From a virus: a stretch of 64,000 bases of DNA. Every line of letters begins with the position of its first letter. The stretch's first letter is position 1. Both the position numbers and the translations under genes were made by a program. The stretch is taken from IMG/VR virus record IMGVR_UViG_3300048592_000229, positions 4,385 to 68,384 of that record. The stretch is one strand, 5' to 3'. Below the pieces are notes generated by a model. The model did not search any database, was not told the origin of the DNA, and worked only from the letters and a program-made list of their open reading frames with translations. Below are positions 38,232 through 48,663 of the stretch, one piece after another.

Positions 38232-39703
38232 CCACTTCCATGCAATACGGCAGCTACACGCTGCCAGAGATGGTTGGCCCGCCGGAAATCATGATTGACG
38301 GCCGCAAGGGAACGCTGTCAATCAGCCAGAACTTTGTCGTGCAGAGCGACGACAGCGACAGCGACTTCAACACGAAGATTCTGGCCGCAGAGGCCGCACT
38401 GAACACCTGGAATCAGGCGCTCACCATCACATGGGCCGACCAGTCCTACCGCACCTGGAGTCCGACGACAAACACCGCGTTCCTGACGCGCGGGTCCATG
38501 TCGCGTTTGCGGGACAGCCTGACGCAGCGCCGGTCCGCGCTGTGCCGATTCGACTTCGAGGCGATGCTGCCGGCCAGCGAGATTCGGGACGACGGCTCCA
38601 CTATCAAAGGCTACTTCGAGACGAAGATCACGGTGTCGCAGGACGACGCCGGACGGCCGACGATCACGTTTGAGGGCGAGTACCGAGCAGAGCGCGATCT
38701 GGACGGCGGCGGTGTGCATGACGCGATCACGACCTACGCGGATGCGACCTACGGCGCAAAGGCACTGGCCGTGGCGTGGCTGACTACGAACGCCGCGACG
38801 TACACCGGGGTTACGGGTGACGCCACGCGGTACGAACTTATCGCCGAAAGCAAGCCGACCGAAGATCAGGCGAAGGTCATCACGTACACGCTGACCTACC
38901 GCTATCGCGTGATCCCGGAGAAGGCGGACGGAACGGCGACCAGCGACTACATCGTGACGCGATGCGTCGTGACACGCGGCCGGTCTGCTCGCTTCGGCAT
39001 CCTGTTCGACGGTGGCAGCGCCGACCAATCGCGCACGGCTCCCGGTGGCGGCGTTGCCGGAGCGATGGGCACCATCCCGTTGGTGTTCCAGGTTGATTTC
39101 GAGGTGGCGTTGAATCTGCCCGGCGGGGTGGACTATGCCGACGCGGCGGCGCTGTACGATTCGACTATCCGGCCGTTCCTGTCCGCTCACCTTGACGCTG
39201 TGTGGGCACCGAGCGGAACGAAGATCGTGCAGACCGAGAGCCAGCCGGTGATGACCGACTCGAACCGCATGTCGGTGTCGTGGGTGGTGACGCTTCCGAA
39301 TGAGCGGCAACTGCTGGCGTTCAACTACTCGCTGTCATCGCGCGAGGATAAGCGGAAGCAATACCGCAAGCGTGCGGACGGGCAAGAGGACACATTCGAC
39401 CGCGCGACGGCCGGACGCAGACTCTTTGTGACACAGGAAGCCAGCGGAACCATCGTCACAGGATCGACCGATGACGCATTCTTTCTGGCGCTGATACCGG
39501 AGTTGCCGCCGCCGCATGACCTGTTGCAGCCAACCGTGATGAAGAATCCGTTTATCGGACGGACAGCCGAAGGTGTTGACGTGCAGATCGTGGATTTCGT
39601 TGTACGCCGGGAATACATGGTGGCCATCATCGCTGGCGGCGCAAACGGTGGTGGAGGCGGTGGACGGGCCGCAGAGGAAACGCTGTTCCGGGGGCTTGCC
39701 TGA
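38228..39703 (+). CDS. putative tail/baseplate protein
   Basis: Thr-rich beta protein in the tail operon. Confidence 0.55.
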   Translation: MTTSMQYGSYTLPEMVGPPEIMIDGRKGTLSISQNFVVQSDDSDSDFNTKILAAEAALNTWNQALTITWADQSYRTWSPTTNTAFLTRGSMSRLRDSLTQRRSALCRFDFEAMLPASEIRDDGSTIKGYFETKITVSQDDAGRPTITFEGEYRAERDLDGGGVHDAITTYADATYGAKALAVAWLTTNAATYTGVTGDATRYELIAESKPTEDQAKVITYTLTYRYRVIPEKADGTATSDYIVTRCVVTRGRSARFGILFDGGSADQSRTAPGGGVAGAMGTIPLVFQVDFEVALNLPGGVDYADAAALYDSTIRPFLSAHLDAVWAPSGTKIVQTESQPVMTDSNRMSVSWVVTLPNERQLLAFNYSLSSREDKRKQYRKRADGQEDTFDRATAGRRLFVTQEASGTIVTGSTDDAFFLALIPELPPPHDLLQPTVMKNPFIGRTAEGVDVQIVDFVVRREYMVAIIAGGANGGGGGGRAAEETLFRGLA

Positions 39704-41898
39704 TGGTTCATCGCATCGACTTCGGGGGTGTCACGCTCAGCGCGGATTCGTCCACGTTGCGGTGGGCGCTGATGCCTGGAGTCGATCCGTACCAGTCACA
39801 GATTACCGTGTTTGCCGACCGGCTACCGGAAATGTGGCCGTCGTTGGCCGGCTCGCCGCAGACGCTGACCATCTACGCCAATCGCGACGCGCCGGATCAG
39901 GTCGGGTCGGACTCGCTGGTCATCCGCAATTTGTGGCTGATGCACTACGACTACGCCAGCGAGGGCGACTACGAAGTTGCGCGTATGACGGTGGCGGATT
40001 GCCGGTGGAAGTGGTGCCATATCGGCACGACCGGGCGACACAACCACATCATCCGGCTCAACGACGCTGATATCATCAACGACGGCATCACGCCGGCTGT
40101 GGCTGGTCAGGAGACGCGCCAGCAGCAACCAGCCGGTGAGGCCGAAGCGCGCCCGGATGTTCGCGACGGCCGAGTGGTCGGGTTCAAGCCGGCAGACGTG
40201 ATTGGCGACTTTATCCAGTTGCCACGGCGTAACTGGCGCGATCTGACCATCAACCCGGACGGCACGCCACGCACCGCGTTGCAGATGGCAATGGGCTTGC
40301 TCAACGGCTACGACGTGAAGTTGCTGAACGGCGGCACGGTCCATGTTGACGGGATTCTCGATGAGTTGGACGGTCCGGCCGAAATCGAGAACGGGCTGAC
40401 CGACAACAAGTATCCGCTGAACCGCATCAACTGGCTGGCGACAGATGTTCGCGAGGCTCTCGCCGTGTGCTTGGCGTTCGCGCGCGCGAGGCTGTACGCG
40501 GGCATCGACGGAAAGATTGCACTGTTCCCGACCGAACTAAACACGCCTCCACAGTTGCCGTCGATCCCGTCGCAAGAGATCAGCGGGCGGCTGTTCCAGA
40601 AAGACTACCGCGTGTGGCGTCCGAAGGCGGTTCACACGCACTTCCGCATGGAGCGGACCATCGTTGCCTACAGCCGCAGCGAAGATGCCACGGCGACACA
40701 GCCGGTCGGTGGGTCCAGCCCGGTTCCGCAGCCAGACGACGACAACCGGCCTATCGAATTGGAACTGCTGGAGCCGGTCGTGAAGCTGCCGGCGAACTAC
40801 ACGATTGATCTTGGCGACGGCAACGGTCCGCAGGAGTTTGCGCAGGGCACTTGGCTGCCAGAGGAAAAGGCCGCAATGGCCGTCATCGGGCGCGATATCA
40901 AGTGGATCAACGAAAGCTGGTTCGTCGGCATCGAGTCGCGCTACGCGCTCGAAAAGAGCATCGACCCGAATCTGATTCCGGAAGCGGAATTGATGTTCTG
41001 CCGCGCAATCCGGGAGTGTCACCGCTCATGCTACCGCGTCCATAGCGACTGGATCAGGCAGATCATCGACATGCGCGCGGAGTCGGTCGTGGTGCTGGAC
41101 CCGATCACCGGCAAGCGCATGCCGTCTCGTGTGTGGGCCGATCACACGGCGCTTTACTCGCAGCGTCTTGGCAACCCGGCCAACGCGATGATTGATCATA
41201 TTCTCTATCGCGACAAGCGGTATGCGAAGCAGGGCGGAACGGCAAAGCCGACCGATGATGCCGTCCCAAGTCCGTTCATCTGCCTTGTACTGGACGCCGA
41301 AGTCGGCATCGTGCAGATCAAGCCGGTCACGGACATGTACGGCTACATCAACAAGATTCTGACCGGCTTCGTGAAGGACAAAGACAAGCTGGTTGCCGTC
41401 GCGACAGGCAATTCAGACGTGGCGCTTGAAGCGCGGTTCACCGAAGAATTCGGCTGTGCGGCGGAACTGGTTGTGGAGTCGATGGAACCGAACACAGACG
41501 CCCAGCTTTACCGCGTGCGCGTGGAGGCTGGCGAGGTGAACGCGACACCCGGAATTGTCGTGGATCACAAGGACGTGATGGTCTACGACGAAACCGCGCG
41601 CTTCGACCGGGACGGCGATCTGGTTAACCGGCGTGCCGTGGAGACGCGCGCCGACGCCGAAGCGAAGATGGTGTACTATTCGTGGCAAGACCGGATCGTC
41701 GGCAAGCAGACGTTCAGCGGGCTGCACAACATCAAGCCGTTCGGCACAGTCAAGCAGATCGAGTGGACCATCGGCGCGGACGGGTTCCCGGACACGACGG
41801 TTGACGCGCCAGAGCCACGTTCACCGCTGACCATCGAGCACTTGCTGCCGCCGGACCTGTTGCACCAGCGCCTCAAACTACTTCCGCCGCAATCCTAG
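39703..41898 (+). CDS. putative tail hub/baseplate protein
   Basis: 731 aa; VADCRWKW and VKQIEWTIG motifs; synteny. Confidence 0.55.
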   Translation: MVHRIDFGGVTLSADSSTLRWALMPGVDPYQSQITVFADRLPEMWPSLAGSPQTLTIYANRDAPDQVGSDSLVIRNLWLMHYDYASEGDYEVARMTVADCRWKWCHIGTTGRHNHIIRLNDADIINDGITPAVAGQETRQQQPAGEAEARPDVRDGRVVGFKPADVIGDFIQLPRRNWRDLTINPDGTPRTALQMAMGLLNGYDVKLLNGGTVHVDGILDELDGPAEIENGLTDNKYPLNRINWLATDVREALAVCLAFARARLYAGIDGKIALFPTELNTPPQLPSIPSQEISGRLFQKDYRVWRPKAVHTHFRMERTIVAYSRSEDATATQPVGGSSPVPQPDDDNRPIELELLEPVVKLPANYTIDLGDGNGPQEFAQGTWLPEEKAAMAVIGRDIKWINESWFVGIESRYALEKSIDPNLIPEAELMFCRAIRECHRSCYRVHSDWIRQIIDMRAESVVVLDPITGKRMPSRVWADHTALYSQRLGNPANAMIDHILYRDKRYAKQGGTAKPTDDAVPSPFICLVLDAEVGIVQIKPVTDMYGYINKILTGFVKDKDKLVAVATGNSDVALEARFTEEFGCAAELVVESMEPNTDAQLYRVRVEAGEVNATPGIVVDHKDVMVYDETARFDRDGDLVNRRAVETRADAEAKMVYYSWQDRIVGKQTFSGLHNIKPFGTVKQIEWTIGADGFPDTTVDAPEPRSPLTIEHLLPPDLLHQRLKLLPPQS

Positions 41899-41907
41899 GA
41901 GCCACAA

Positions 41908-44382
41908 ATGGGCGACGGCGCAACAATCGGCGACTTCGTGAATCGCGGCTATCAGGTCGCGCGGGACCACCGCACGGACGCGCTGATAGACGACGTGAAC
42001 CGTTCGCTGTCGGCGAAGGCGCGCGTGCTGGACGATGCGCCGGACCCGTTCGTGCGGCATCTCGGCGAGCCGGGCCACGAATTGGGCGAGGTCCACACGC
42101 TGAAAAGCGACCCGCGCGTTGAAGGCGAAGGGCTGGACAGCGAGATGCAGCGCGAGGTCGGCGCGTGGAATGCGCTCGTGGCCACGTTCAGCAATCGGTA
42201 CAAGATGCGCCCGTTGTGGTCGGCGTTCGATCAGGATGGCTCACTCGGGCCGCTGGAAGACGCCAGCGAGGATGAGCCGCCGGGCGAGGGCATGGGGTTT
42301 GCCGAGTACCGAAACGCGAATCTGCGCAACGTGCCGGCGACCACCACGGGCATCCTGACGGCGACCACCAAAGGCACGCGACAGGAGACGGTGTTTGCTC
42401 CGTTCATGGAGATTGTCGCCGACCATGCTACGCCGGGAGACGGCGCGCACAAGTATTCGACTCCGGTCTACGAGGTGACAGCGGACGGCGAACTAGACCA
42501 GCAACGTGCCGGCGGGCTGCACTCTGCACTGTGGGTGGCGCAGTTGCCAGACGGCGGGTGCCTGGATCAGTCGCCGTACTTTGTGCCAGCCCTGAACCTT
42601 GCGCGTAGTGCGGACGGCAGCGGCTATGGGGCCTACGTGTGCCAGTCGGACACCGGGCCGCCGGCACCGCTGCCGGACACGACAACGACCGATGTTCCGG
42701 CGAAGCAGGACGACGCACAGACGCTCGGCGCGTTCCTGTCGTGCCTTGCCAGCGGGCCGAACCACCCCGGCCACGTCAGCGACAAGCACCGCACCGGTGT
42801 CAACGAGGAAGGCGTGCCGTGGAACTGCGGGCACATCTCCACGTCGGCGCTGTTCTACATGGACCAGGAGCGGGACGCGCCGATTGCGTTCGAGCCGGTG
42901 TATCCGAACTGCCAGAAGATGCCGATCAAGGTCGAAGCGCACATCAGCTACGACGTGAAGGCGCGGCATTCGACGGTCTGCGGATCGCACACGGGACTCT
43001 GGCGCTTGTGGGCCGAGTCGCCAATTATCCCGCCGCCGAAACCGCCAGACGTTCCGCGCGAGCCGGAATGGGGCGAGGTCACAGGCGGCCGACCCGGCGA
43101 CATTCTCGGCGGTGGCGGCGGTGGCGGAAACAGGGGTGGGCTGCCCGGCGATGGTGGCGGTCCGGGGGCAGGAGGCGGACCGGCCGGTGGCAACAACGGC
43201 GGCAACGGCAACGGGGATGGAGATGACGGCGATCCGGGGATTGTCCCGCGCTTCGACGTGCCAAACTTCTTCGGCATTCCGATTGATCCGGCACCTGAAA
43301 TCACGAGCGGCGGACAGATTCCGCGCGGCGGTACGGGGCTGTCGTCTGTGTTGGGCGGCGGAAAGTACGGGTCGTGGCAGTTCCGCGACAAGAACTACCA
43401 GGTGGACCCGGAGCAGACGCCACACTACGACCCGGCCCGAACGCCGTGGCAACTTGCCGCGCCGGGATTCTACTTCATGGCTGGCCGGCGAGTCGGGCAA
43501 GAGCCATATGCCGGCGATATCGGCGGCGAGACGGATGTGGTGGACGGCACGGACGTGCGATGGGTGACGCGCGCGCTGACCGGGCACCTTGAGGGCTTCG
43601 GTGCTGTCGTCGGCAATCACCTGTTCAGCGAGACGTTCAAGCAGGGCGAATATTTCAACCGGAGCGGCACGACTGCCGGCGGCGCGGTATTCCTGCCGCC
43701 AGAGGTCAAACTTGACGCGCGCGTGCCGTCGTCGGTCAGCGACACGGCGCTGGTCACGTACAACGGGCTGGTCGGAACCACGTCAAAGGGCAACGCGGCG
43801 AAGCTGGGCAGCGCTACGCCGCAGCTTGACGACGGTTCTCTGGCGGATGGCTGGTACATGCAGGCCAGCGGCGGGACCGGGCTGGTCAACTGCCTGTTCA
43901 GCGGCGTGAACGCATCTGGCAACGCGCGCAACTTCCGACTGCTACCGGGCGCGATTGTGACAGGCGGCACGACGGGGAGCATGCTCGGACTCGGGAAGCA
44001 CACGGACACGCAGGTTACCGAGACTGGATCGGACGAACTGACCACGCAGACCGACACACAGGTGCAGTTCTACGCATTCGCGCCGGACGGCGGAAGTGGC
44101 TACACCTACACCATCGGGCTGATCAAGACCGACGCTGATTCGCAGACCGTTCCCGAAGGCGCGATGTTCAACATCAACCTGACGCTGGGCCAGGATGGCG
44201 GAGCGGACACAACGACCGTGGTCATCAAAAACGGGTCGGCCGCGACCGGCGCAACACTGGCGACCATCACCAGCGCGACCAGTTCCGACGTGATGCGCGA
44301 CGTGGTGGCGTACTTCGACGGCACCAACTGGCGCATCAAGAGCCTGCACACATCGTTTGTGGCTGGGTTGGCCGTCGCGTAG
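41908..44382 (+). CDS. putative tail spike/fibre protein
   Basis: 824 aa, Gly-rich linker, C-terminal YFDGTNW motif. Confidence 0.6.
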   Translation: MGDGATIGDFVNRGYQVARDHRTDALIDDVNRSLSAKARVLDDAPDPFVRHLGEPGHELGEVHTLKSDPRVEGEGLDSEMQREVGAWNALVATFSNRYKMRPLWSAFDQDGSLGPLEDASEDEPPGEGMGFAEYRNANLRNVPATTTGILTATTKGTRQETVFAPFMEIVADHATPGDGAHKYSTPVYEVTADGELDQQRAGGLHSALWVAQLPDGGCLDQSPYFVPALNLARSADGSGYGAYVCQSDTGPPAPLPDTTTTDVPAKQDDAQTLGAFLSCLASGPNHPGHVSDKHRTGVNEEGVPWNCGHISTSALFYMDQERDAPIAFEPVYPNCQKMPIKVEAHISYDVKARHSTVCGSHTGLWRLWAESPIIPPPKPPDVPREPEWGEVTGGRPGDILGGGGGGGNRGGLPGDGGGPGAGGGPAGGNNGGNGNGDGDDGDPGIVPRFDVPNFFGIPIDPAPEITSGGQIPRGGTGLSSVLGGGKYGSWQFRDKNYQVDPEQTPHYDPARTPWQLAAPGFYFMAGRRVGQEPYAGDIGGETDVVDGTDVRWVTRALTGHLEGFGAVVGNHLFSETFKQGEYFNRSGTTAGGAVFLPPEVKLDARVPSSVSDTALVTYNGLVGTTSKGNAAKLGSATPQLDDGSLADGWYMQASGGTGLVNCLFSGVNASGNARNFRLLPGAIVTGGTTGSMLGLGKHTDTQVTETGSDELTTQTDTQVQFYAFAPDGGSGYTYTIGLIKTDADSQTVPEGAMFNINLTLGQDGGADTTTVVIKNGSAATGATLATITSATSSDVMRDVVAYFDGTNWRIKSLHTSFVAGLAVA

Positions 44383-44451
44383 CCGGAATAGTGGACAGAC
44401 CATGCCGAACAGGTTGTAAAGTACATTCAGACTGCCCATGGAGACCGACCG

Positions 44452-44865
44452 ATGATCAACCCGGAACTGTCGCGCGTCACGCTGAAGAAGTTCACTATTG
44501 CATCCGGTGCGACACAGCCGTCAGCGGCCATTGACACGGGTGCCGGAAAGGTGGTCGGCGTCCTGTGTGGGTCGAGCATCGGGGACGCCACTAGCATGAC
44601 GTTTGACGTGTCGTTCGGCACGGTTGCCACGCGCGACACGCCGAAGCCGACAAAGCCCGGAGAAGCGGCCGACTACGCGGACGCGCTGCAATCGGACGGC
44701 AGCACGCAAGGGGTGACCGTGACGCTCTCGGCCGGCGACTATTGCGGGTTCCTTGCGGCTGACGCGGCGGTTGCCGCCAACTGGCCGCAGTGGGTGCTGC
44801 CGACCACAAACGCGAGCGTTGGCGCGTCTGCTATCGACTTCTGGCTTGCTGTTCGTGTGTACTGA
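44452..44865 (+). CDS. hypothetical virion protein
   Basis: GGAG RBS, beta-rich. Confidence 0.55.
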   Translation: MINPELSRVTLKKFTIASGATQPSAAIDTGAGKVVGVLCGSSIGDATSMTFDVSFGTVATRDTPKPTKPGEAADYADALQSDGSTQGVTVTLSAGDYCGFLAADAAVAANWPQWVLPTTNASVGASAIDFWLAVRVY

Positions 44866-44874
44866 GGGCCGATC

Positions 44875-45909
44875 ATGCTTCCACCCGGAACGCGAAACCT
44901 GCTGTGGGGCGGTGCCACCGCCACACAACTTGGCATCACCACGCAGCCGGCATTCCATTCCGGCGCTGCATCAGCCACGTTCGGTACGTCGCCCGTAGTC
45001 AAAGCGTACCTGTCGGACGGCACCACGGTTGACACCGCCTACACCGGCACAGTAACGGCCGCGCTGGTAACTGCCAACGGCGCGACACTCGGCTCCACCA
45101 CCAGCGTGGCGTGCGTGGCTGGCGTGGCCACGTTCGATGATCTGGACGTTGACACGGCCGGCGCGTACCAGATCGTTTTTACGGCCTCCGGACTAACCAG
45201 TGCGACCAGCAACTGGTTCGTGGTCGGCGCTGCGATGTTGCTGCGTGCTGACGCTGGCGTATCCGATACGGGCGGGCTGGTGGACACATGGGCCGATCAA
45301 AGCGGCAACAGCCGAGACTTCACTGGCGTGACGACCGCGCGGCCGACCGTGAGCGCCGTTCCTGATCTTGATTTCGATGGTGGCGACAAGCTGACAAAGA
45401 GCGGATGGGCGCTCAGTGCAACCTCCCCGAAAACTGCCATCGTGGTATTCCAGGCAGACACCGACAACACGCGAAACCAACTGATCAACACTCGGCACGC
45501 GTCTAACCGTGGCTGGTCGTTTGAAACACAAGCAGACGGCACAATCAGGCTCATCTACCTTGCGAACACAGGCAGCTGGGCAATCACGTCAGACTCTGAC
45601 GTTGGAGACATCACGGCATGGCAGACCGCAGCATTCGCCGCTGACGGTGCTGGTGATGCGGACCTTTACGTGAACGGAGGCGCAGTAGCGGCTACTGCAA
45701 CCGGCAGCGACCCTCCCGATGGAGACGGCACGTCTACGTATCTGGGAGATATCGGCTACGTTAGTGCCGGGCAGTTGAACGGCAAGATCGCCGCAGTTGC
45801 TGCCTTCGCGAGCGAGTTGTCTGCCGCTCAGGTTGCCGCCGTGCACAACGCGTTGCGACAGGAACTCGCCACATTCGCAAATCCGATCAGCCTGCCGGCT
45901 GCGTCATGA
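44875..45909 (+). CDS. Ig-like plus LamG/ConA-like domain protein (adhesin candidate)
   Basis: QLGITTQP...GVATFDDL; WADQSGN, FDGGD, LYVNG, NGKIA, ELSAAQV. Confidence 0.75.
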   Translation: MLPPGTRNLLWGGATATQLGITTQPAFHSGAASATFGTSPVVKAYLSDGTTVDTAYTGTVTAALVTANGATLGSTTSVACVAGVATFDDLDVDTAGAYQIVFTASGLTSATSNWFVVGAAMLLRADAGVSDTGGLVDTWADQSGNSRDFTGVTTARPTVSAVPDLDFDGGDKLTKSGWALSATSPKTAIVVFQADTDNTRNQLINTRHASNRGWSFETQADGTIRLIYLANTGSWAITSDSDVGDITAWQTAAFAADGAGDADLYVNGGAVAATATGSDPPDGDGTSTYLGDIGYVSAGQLNGKIAAVAAFASELSAAQVAAVHNALRQELATFANPISLPAAS

Positions 45910-45946
45910 GACGCGCCGAAGGACAGCCCGGCCCACGCGCTGCCGC

Positions 45947-46315
45947 TCACGGCCAGTTGATGCCCGCCTCGGCCTCCGCGCCGAGCAACGTCACGCACAC
46001 CTCGCGAGCCATCGCCACGCGCGACTGGTGCAGCGGCGCAGCCCACCACGCCTCGCGAAGCATGTCGTCCACGGCCGCCCACCGCTCCACGGCCACGCTG
46101 TCACCGGCTGCCATCGCAACTCGGCGGCGGTCGTCGCACTGTGAGCGGGCGGCGGCGATTGCGGCGCGTGCGGTGTGCGCTTCGGGCAGGCGCTGGGGGC
46201 GTCCGGCGGTCGGGTCGTCCAGCGCGTCGGGGTCGTAGCACATGCTGCTGCTGGGGCTGAGTGTCGGGTCGAGGAACGCATCGTGTTCCCCGCCAAAGAA
46301 TTGGTTGCTGTACAT
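45947..46315 (-). CDS. hypothetical early protein
   Basis: AAGGAG RBS on the minus strand. Confidence 0.55.
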   Translation of the reverse strand: MYSNQFFGGEHDAFLDPTLSPSSSMCYDPDALDDPTAGRPQRLPEAHTARAAIAAARSQCDDRRRVAMAAGDSVAVERWAAVDDMLREAWWAAPLHQSRVAMAREVCVTLLGAEAEAGINWP

Positions 46316-46399
46316 CGTGTCTCCTTTGCCGGCGGGACCGGGCGACCCGAAGGCCGCCCGGCGTGCGGCGGGAATGGCCCTTGCGGGGCCGGGTGAGTA

Positions 46400-46729
46400 T
46401 CAGCAGCCCCGGTCCCGCGCCCATGCGCGTTCATCCTCGCGCCGGTCGTCGGCCGCTTCGTTGCAGGCGGCGCAAACGCCGTCGTCGTCGGTGGGTTCGC
46501 CGTCCGGGTCCACCGGCTCGCCGCAGCTTGCGCAGGGCTCCCAGGTGACACGCTCCAAGTCGTTGAGGATGCCGGCGCATTCCTGCGCGTCCGGCTGGTC
46601 GTACCACCAGGCGGTGCCGTCTGTGATGCCGTCAGGGGCGGGAGCATCGTTGTCGGCGAGCAGAATCAGGTCGTCGTCGGTCAGGCCGGGGATGATCCAG
46701 CCGCAGCCGTTGTGTTTGATCGTGTACAT
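46400..46729 (-). CDS. acidic zinc-finger hypothetical protein
   Basis: CASC...CAAC; CCGGAG RBS. Confidence 0.65.
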   Translation of the reverse strand: MYTIKHNGCGWIIPGLTDDDLILLADNDAPAPDGITDGTAWWYDQPDAQECAGILNDLERVTWEPCASCGEPVDPDGEPTDDDGVCAACNEAADDRREDERAWARDRGC

Positions 46730-46754
46730 GGCGTTCTCCGGTTGGCGTGTGAGG

Positions 46755-46961
46755 TTAGCGTGCGGCTGCCAAGGCCAGAGCCTTGCGGATGATTGCCTTC
46801 TCGCTGCGCGGCGTCAGCGAGTGGCACAGGGTGTAGATTCTGCCGTCCCACACCCGCACGCGAATCGGCGCGGCGTCCATCGTGTCAATCATCACCTGAT
46901 GGCTGGCAGCAGGCTCGTTGCTCCACGGCTTGCAGCGCGCGGTGTAGCAGATTTGCGTCAT
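46755..46961 (-). CDS. hypothetical protein
   Basis: Start MTQICY after CCGGAG RBS; VRVWD...YTLCHSL. Confidence 0.6.
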   Translation of the reverse strand: MTQICYTARCKPWSNEPAASHQVMIDTMDAAPIRVRVWDGRIYTLCHSLTPRSEKAIIRKALALAAAR

Positions 46962-46983
46962 CGGTCTTTCTCCGGTTGGTGAT

Positions 46984-47205
46984 TCAGGCAGCCAGCGCGG
47001 CAGCCGTGGTCGGAATGATGCCGCCGTTGCGGCCGATGCGAGCGGCGCGGAGGTAGCCGAGCATGTACGCGCGGCGGGCCTTGCTGCCACGGCGACGACC
47101 GGACAGGCGGGCAGCGGTTGCAACGTCGGTGCGGCCGTCGCGGTACATGGCGATGTGGTAGGCGATGAGGCCGCGTTCAAAGTGGTGGCGTTCGTGAGTG
47201 GTCAT
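46984..47205 (-). CDS. hypothetical basic protein
   Basis: First gene after the leftward promoter; CGGAG RBS. Confidence 0.6.
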   Translation of the reverse strand: MTTHERHHFERGLIAYHIAMYRDGRTDVATAARLSGRRRGSKARRAYMLGYLRAARIGRNGGIIPTTAAALAA

Positions 47206-47240
47206 GGTTCTGGCTCCGTGTGGTGTGCTTCGATAGTTGG

Positions 47241-47269
47241 AGTATCGGCCACGCGGCGGCGGAAGTCAA
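47241..47269 (-). promoter_or_regulatory. leftward sigma70-type promoter
   Basis: Minus strand TTGACT-17 bp-GATACT. Confidence 0.7.
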
Positions 47270-47283
47270 AAAGATTTTTCATT

Positions 47284-47312
47284 TTGCCAAACGACAAACC
47301 GCGTCGTAAGGT
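47284..47312 (+). promoter_or_regulatory. rightward sigma70-type promoter
   Basis: TTGCCA-17 bp-TAAGGT; AT-rich tract between the two -35 boxes. Confidence 0.65.
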
Positions 47313-47342
47313 TCCGGCGTTAGGCAAACACGGAGACACGGC

Positions 47343-47522
47343 ATGGCCCGTATCAACATCGAGATTAGCGACGACTTGCACGCCTGGCTGGCCGCCAAGG
47401 CCGCGCGGGAGTTTGCGTTCAAGACCAACAACACGCGCGGCAACATCAGCGCGGCGGCAAACGAGATTCTGGAGAAGGCGCGGAAGCGCAGTCGGACACC
47501 AAAGAAAAAGGCGTCAAAGTGA
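47343..47522 (+). CDS. Arc-like ribbon-helix-helix regulator (59 aa)
   Basis: MARINIEISDDLHAWL...NISAAANEILE; GGAG RBS; missed by the ORF track. Confidence 0.7.
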   Translation: MARINIEISDDLHAWLAAKAAREFAFKTNNTRGNISAAANEILEKARKRSRTPKKKASK

Positions 47523-48007
47523 ACTACCGCGAAATGATCCGGCGCGACAAGCTGGCTCGTCTGCGCATGAAGTCGCAAGCCGAGAAGCCACAGGCCCAGC
47601 CAGTGAAGCAACAGTCAGAACTAGGACGCGGCGACAAGCCTGCCCGAAACGGCCAGAAAACGCCGTATCTGTGCGTGATCTGCGGTTGTGATATCGAGGA
47701 TCAGCGAGCCGGTCTGCGCGGAGCAACCAACCAGCCGTGCGAGGACTGCGCGCACCGCATCCAGTACGTGGCGGATGACCTGATTGACAAGGCCGACAAG
47801 AAACTGCGCAAACTGCCGGCGTGTCGGCATCTGTCCGCCCCACTTCGCAACGGTAGCAGGCTGCGCATAGTGGCAGCGGAGCGTCGGAGCATCGTCGTGG
47901 AACTGCGCGAGAAGCACGACGCAACATGGGGCATGATCGCCAAGGCGCTCGGCTACCGGAACCACTCCAGCGCCACACACGCATACTGGAAGGCGAAGAA
48001 GCCGTGA
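47519..48007 (+). CDS. zinc-finger plus HTH (DnaA C-terminal-like) protein
   Basis: CVIC...CEDC; TWGMIAKALGYRNHSSATHA. Confidence 0.65.
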   Translation: MNYREMIRRDKLARLRMKSQAEKPQAQPVKQQSELGRGDKPARNGQKTPYLCVICGCDIEDQRAGLRGATNQPCEDCAHRIQYVADDLIDKADKKLRKLPACRHLSAPLRNGSRLRIVAAERRSIVVELREKHDATWGMIAKALGYRNHSSATHAYWKAKKP

Positions 48008-48195
48008 CCGACCTTCGCATCCGCACAATCCCGACGCCGCGCGGGACCATCGCAATCGTGCAGTGCGCGCTTGGCATTGAGCGACACCGCACCGAGCCGC
48101 AGAGCAGCCAACTACCGAGCAACGCCGAGCGGTTCGCGCGGGAGGCGGCCGAATCGTGGATCGCAGAACACAACCGACAAAGGAGCAAGCGATGA
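48004..48195 (+). CDS. hypothetical protein
   Basis: GTGA coupling. Confidence 0.45.
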   Translation: MTDLRIRTIPTPRGTIAIVQCALGIERHRTEPQSSQLPSNAERFAREAAESWIAEHNRQRSKR

Positions 48196-48542
48196 GCAAG
48201 TCAACACCTGGGCCGTGGTCAGTCGCATCGGATCAACGACGGCCGTACACAGTTGCGACAACTACAGACGGGCTCGCCGCTTCGTTTGTCGTTTGTGCAG
48301 GCGAGGACACCGGCGGCGGACCGTTTTGGCCGGAATGGCGAGATGGCGGGAAAGACGTTGCTCGTGCAAACGCCAAATTGATCGCAGCCGCGCCTGATCT
48401 GCTGGAAGTCGTCAAGCATCTTGCGGAGTGCGGCATCTCCCCGTGCGAGGACGACCCCAAGTACAGCGAGGCCATCGTGCTTGTCGAGATGATCCACAAG
48501 GCACGCGCCGCCATCGCGAAGGCCGAAGGCGGTGCATCGTGA
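48192..48542 (+). CDS. conserved phage hypothetical protein
   Basis: TPGPW...ANAKLIAAAPDLLE...ARAAIAKAEG. Confidence 0.75.
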   Translation: MSKSTPGPWSVASDQRRPYTVATTTDGLAASFVVCAGEDTGGGPFWPEWRDGGKDVARANAKLIAAAPDLLEVVKHLAECGISPCEDDPKYSEAIVLVEMIHKARAAIAKAEGGAS

Positions 48543-48663
48543 AGCTGCTGCACTACCTGCTACTGCCGCTGTCCGTGCTGGTCGCGCTGGCGTCTGCCGC
48601 GTGGGCCGACCTGACGCGCAAGGCCGATGACGACCGCGAGAACGATGCTGCGTGGAGGCAAGG

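Noticed and set aside
43100-43230. Gly-rich stretch as a collagen repeat
   Set aside because: No sustained Gly-X-Y period; looks like a flexible linker
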